64,000 bases of DNA, from NCBI RefSeq assembly GCF_006345805.1, contig NC_043014.1, positions 47,864,001 to 47,928,000 of the forward strand, read 5' to 3'. The stretch comes from Octopus sinensis (lineage: Eukaryota). Both the position numbers and the translations under genes were made by a program. Below the pieces are notes generated by a model. It did no database searches. It was not told the DNA's origin and saw nothing but the letters and a program-made list of their open reading frames with translations. Positions within the stretch are counted from its first letter, which is position 1. The number at the start of each line of letters is the position of its first letter. Positions 62,900-64,000 of the stretch are shown in pieces.

Positions 62900-63300
62900 T
62901 TACAAATTCTGTGTGTGTGTGTGTTAACTGTGTAAGTGGTGTGTATGTGTGTGTGAACCGTGTTAGTGGTGTGTGTGTGTGTATGAACTGTGTTAATGGT
63001 GTGTGTGTGTGTGAACCGTGTTAGTGGTACGTGTGTGTGTGAACCGTGTTAGTGGTGTGTGTGTGTGTGAACTGTGTTAGTGGTGTGTGTGTGTGAACTG
63101 TGTTAATGGTGCGTGTGTGTGAACCGTGTTACTAGTGTGTGTGTGTGTGTGTGTGAACCATGTTAGTAGTGTGTGTGTGTGTGTGTGTGTGTCGACCATG
63201 TTAGTGGTATGTGTGTGTCAACTGTGTTAGTGGTGTGTGTGTCAACTGTGTTAGTGGTGTGTGTGTGTGTATATGTCAACTGTGTATGTGTGTGTATATA
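62900..63300. repeat. (GT)n-embedded minisatellite (gtgtgtgtgaactgtgttagtg)
   Basis: About 15 units with variable GT run length. Confidence 0.9.
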
Positions 63301-63381
63301 TACTATGTAGGTTGTGTGTGTATGCATGCAATTTATTTAACCTGTGCGCATGTGTATGCTTTATAATTCAGTTATGTATTA

Positions 63382-63423
<42 letters not shown>

Positions 63424-63679
63424 CATTCCACCACCACCACCACTCAAGTGGATCACCAAGTCAGGAAGTACAACAACAAACCTTTATGTCAGAGAGAAGG
63501 TGGAGGGAGGGGGTGCTCAAACTGACAGAACTCTTTAGAAGCCTACTACCAACAACACGAGGAGGGAGAGGTGGTAGTAGTAGTAGTGGTGGTAAAAATA
63601 GCATTGACTGGTCATTCTGTTGGTAATGGAATCACCATAACCTGCATGTGACCAATGAAAGTACAATACCGGGGATTAT

Positions 63680-63950
63680 TGACCTACCTTTACTGGGGAA
63701 GGTATCGACCTTACAAGACCTTTACTAAGGAAGGTGGCAGCCTGGCAAGACCTTTGACACATTTATACCAGGGAAGTTGACAGCCTGACAATAGCTTTGA
63801 CCCAACTTTACTCAGGAAGTCTAGCAAGACCATTGACTCAACTTCACTAGAGGAGAGATGTCCGCCTAGCAAGACCATTGACCCACCTTTACTAGGAAAG
63901 GTGTCAGCCTAGTAGGGTTGTTGACCAACCTTTACGAGGAGAGATGATTC
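63680..63950. repeat. Degenerate about 43-bp tandem repeat (gcctagcaagaccattgacccacctttactaggaa)
   Basis: About 6 diverged units. Confidence 0.7.
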
Positions 63951-64000
63951 AAGAAATACTTTCAAGCATTCATTCTAAAAAGTCCAATTCTATACCACTA

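Overview
AT-rich, repeat-dense eukaryotic genomic DNA. The SINE, MITE and microsatellite content looks like a coleoid cephalopod, probably Octopus (inference from repeat style only). The window holds the 3' two-thirds of one Cbl-family E3 ubiquitin ligase gene on the minus strand. Nine coding exons splice in frame with canonical GT-AG sites: 56570-56701, 43661-43798, 40900-41119, 31153-31299, 28407-28540, 25709-25833, 16995-17144, 10502-10598 and 9026-9269. They cover the end of the TKB/SH2-like domain, linker helix, C3HC4 RING, proline-rich region and UBA domain to the stop codon. The 5' exons were not found and presumably lie beyond base 64000. Most of the rest is intron or intergenic DNA with at least four SINE families, CR1-, RTE- and R4/Dong-like LINE remnants, decayed DD34D and DD41D Tc1/mariner elements, TTAA-flanked (piggyBac-type) MITEs, minisatellites and microsatellites. 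Most ORFs in the supplied track are repeat artefacts. The main second-look items are several minimal type I hammerhead-ribozyme motifs of Penelope type in the introns (one nearly canonical), a 127-bp near-perfect palindrome beside a candidate cassette exon, a candidate microexon with a downstream GCAUG cluster, a tandemly amplified RFX X-box cluster, and a tRNA-Thr(CGT)-like gene between duplicated LINE tails.
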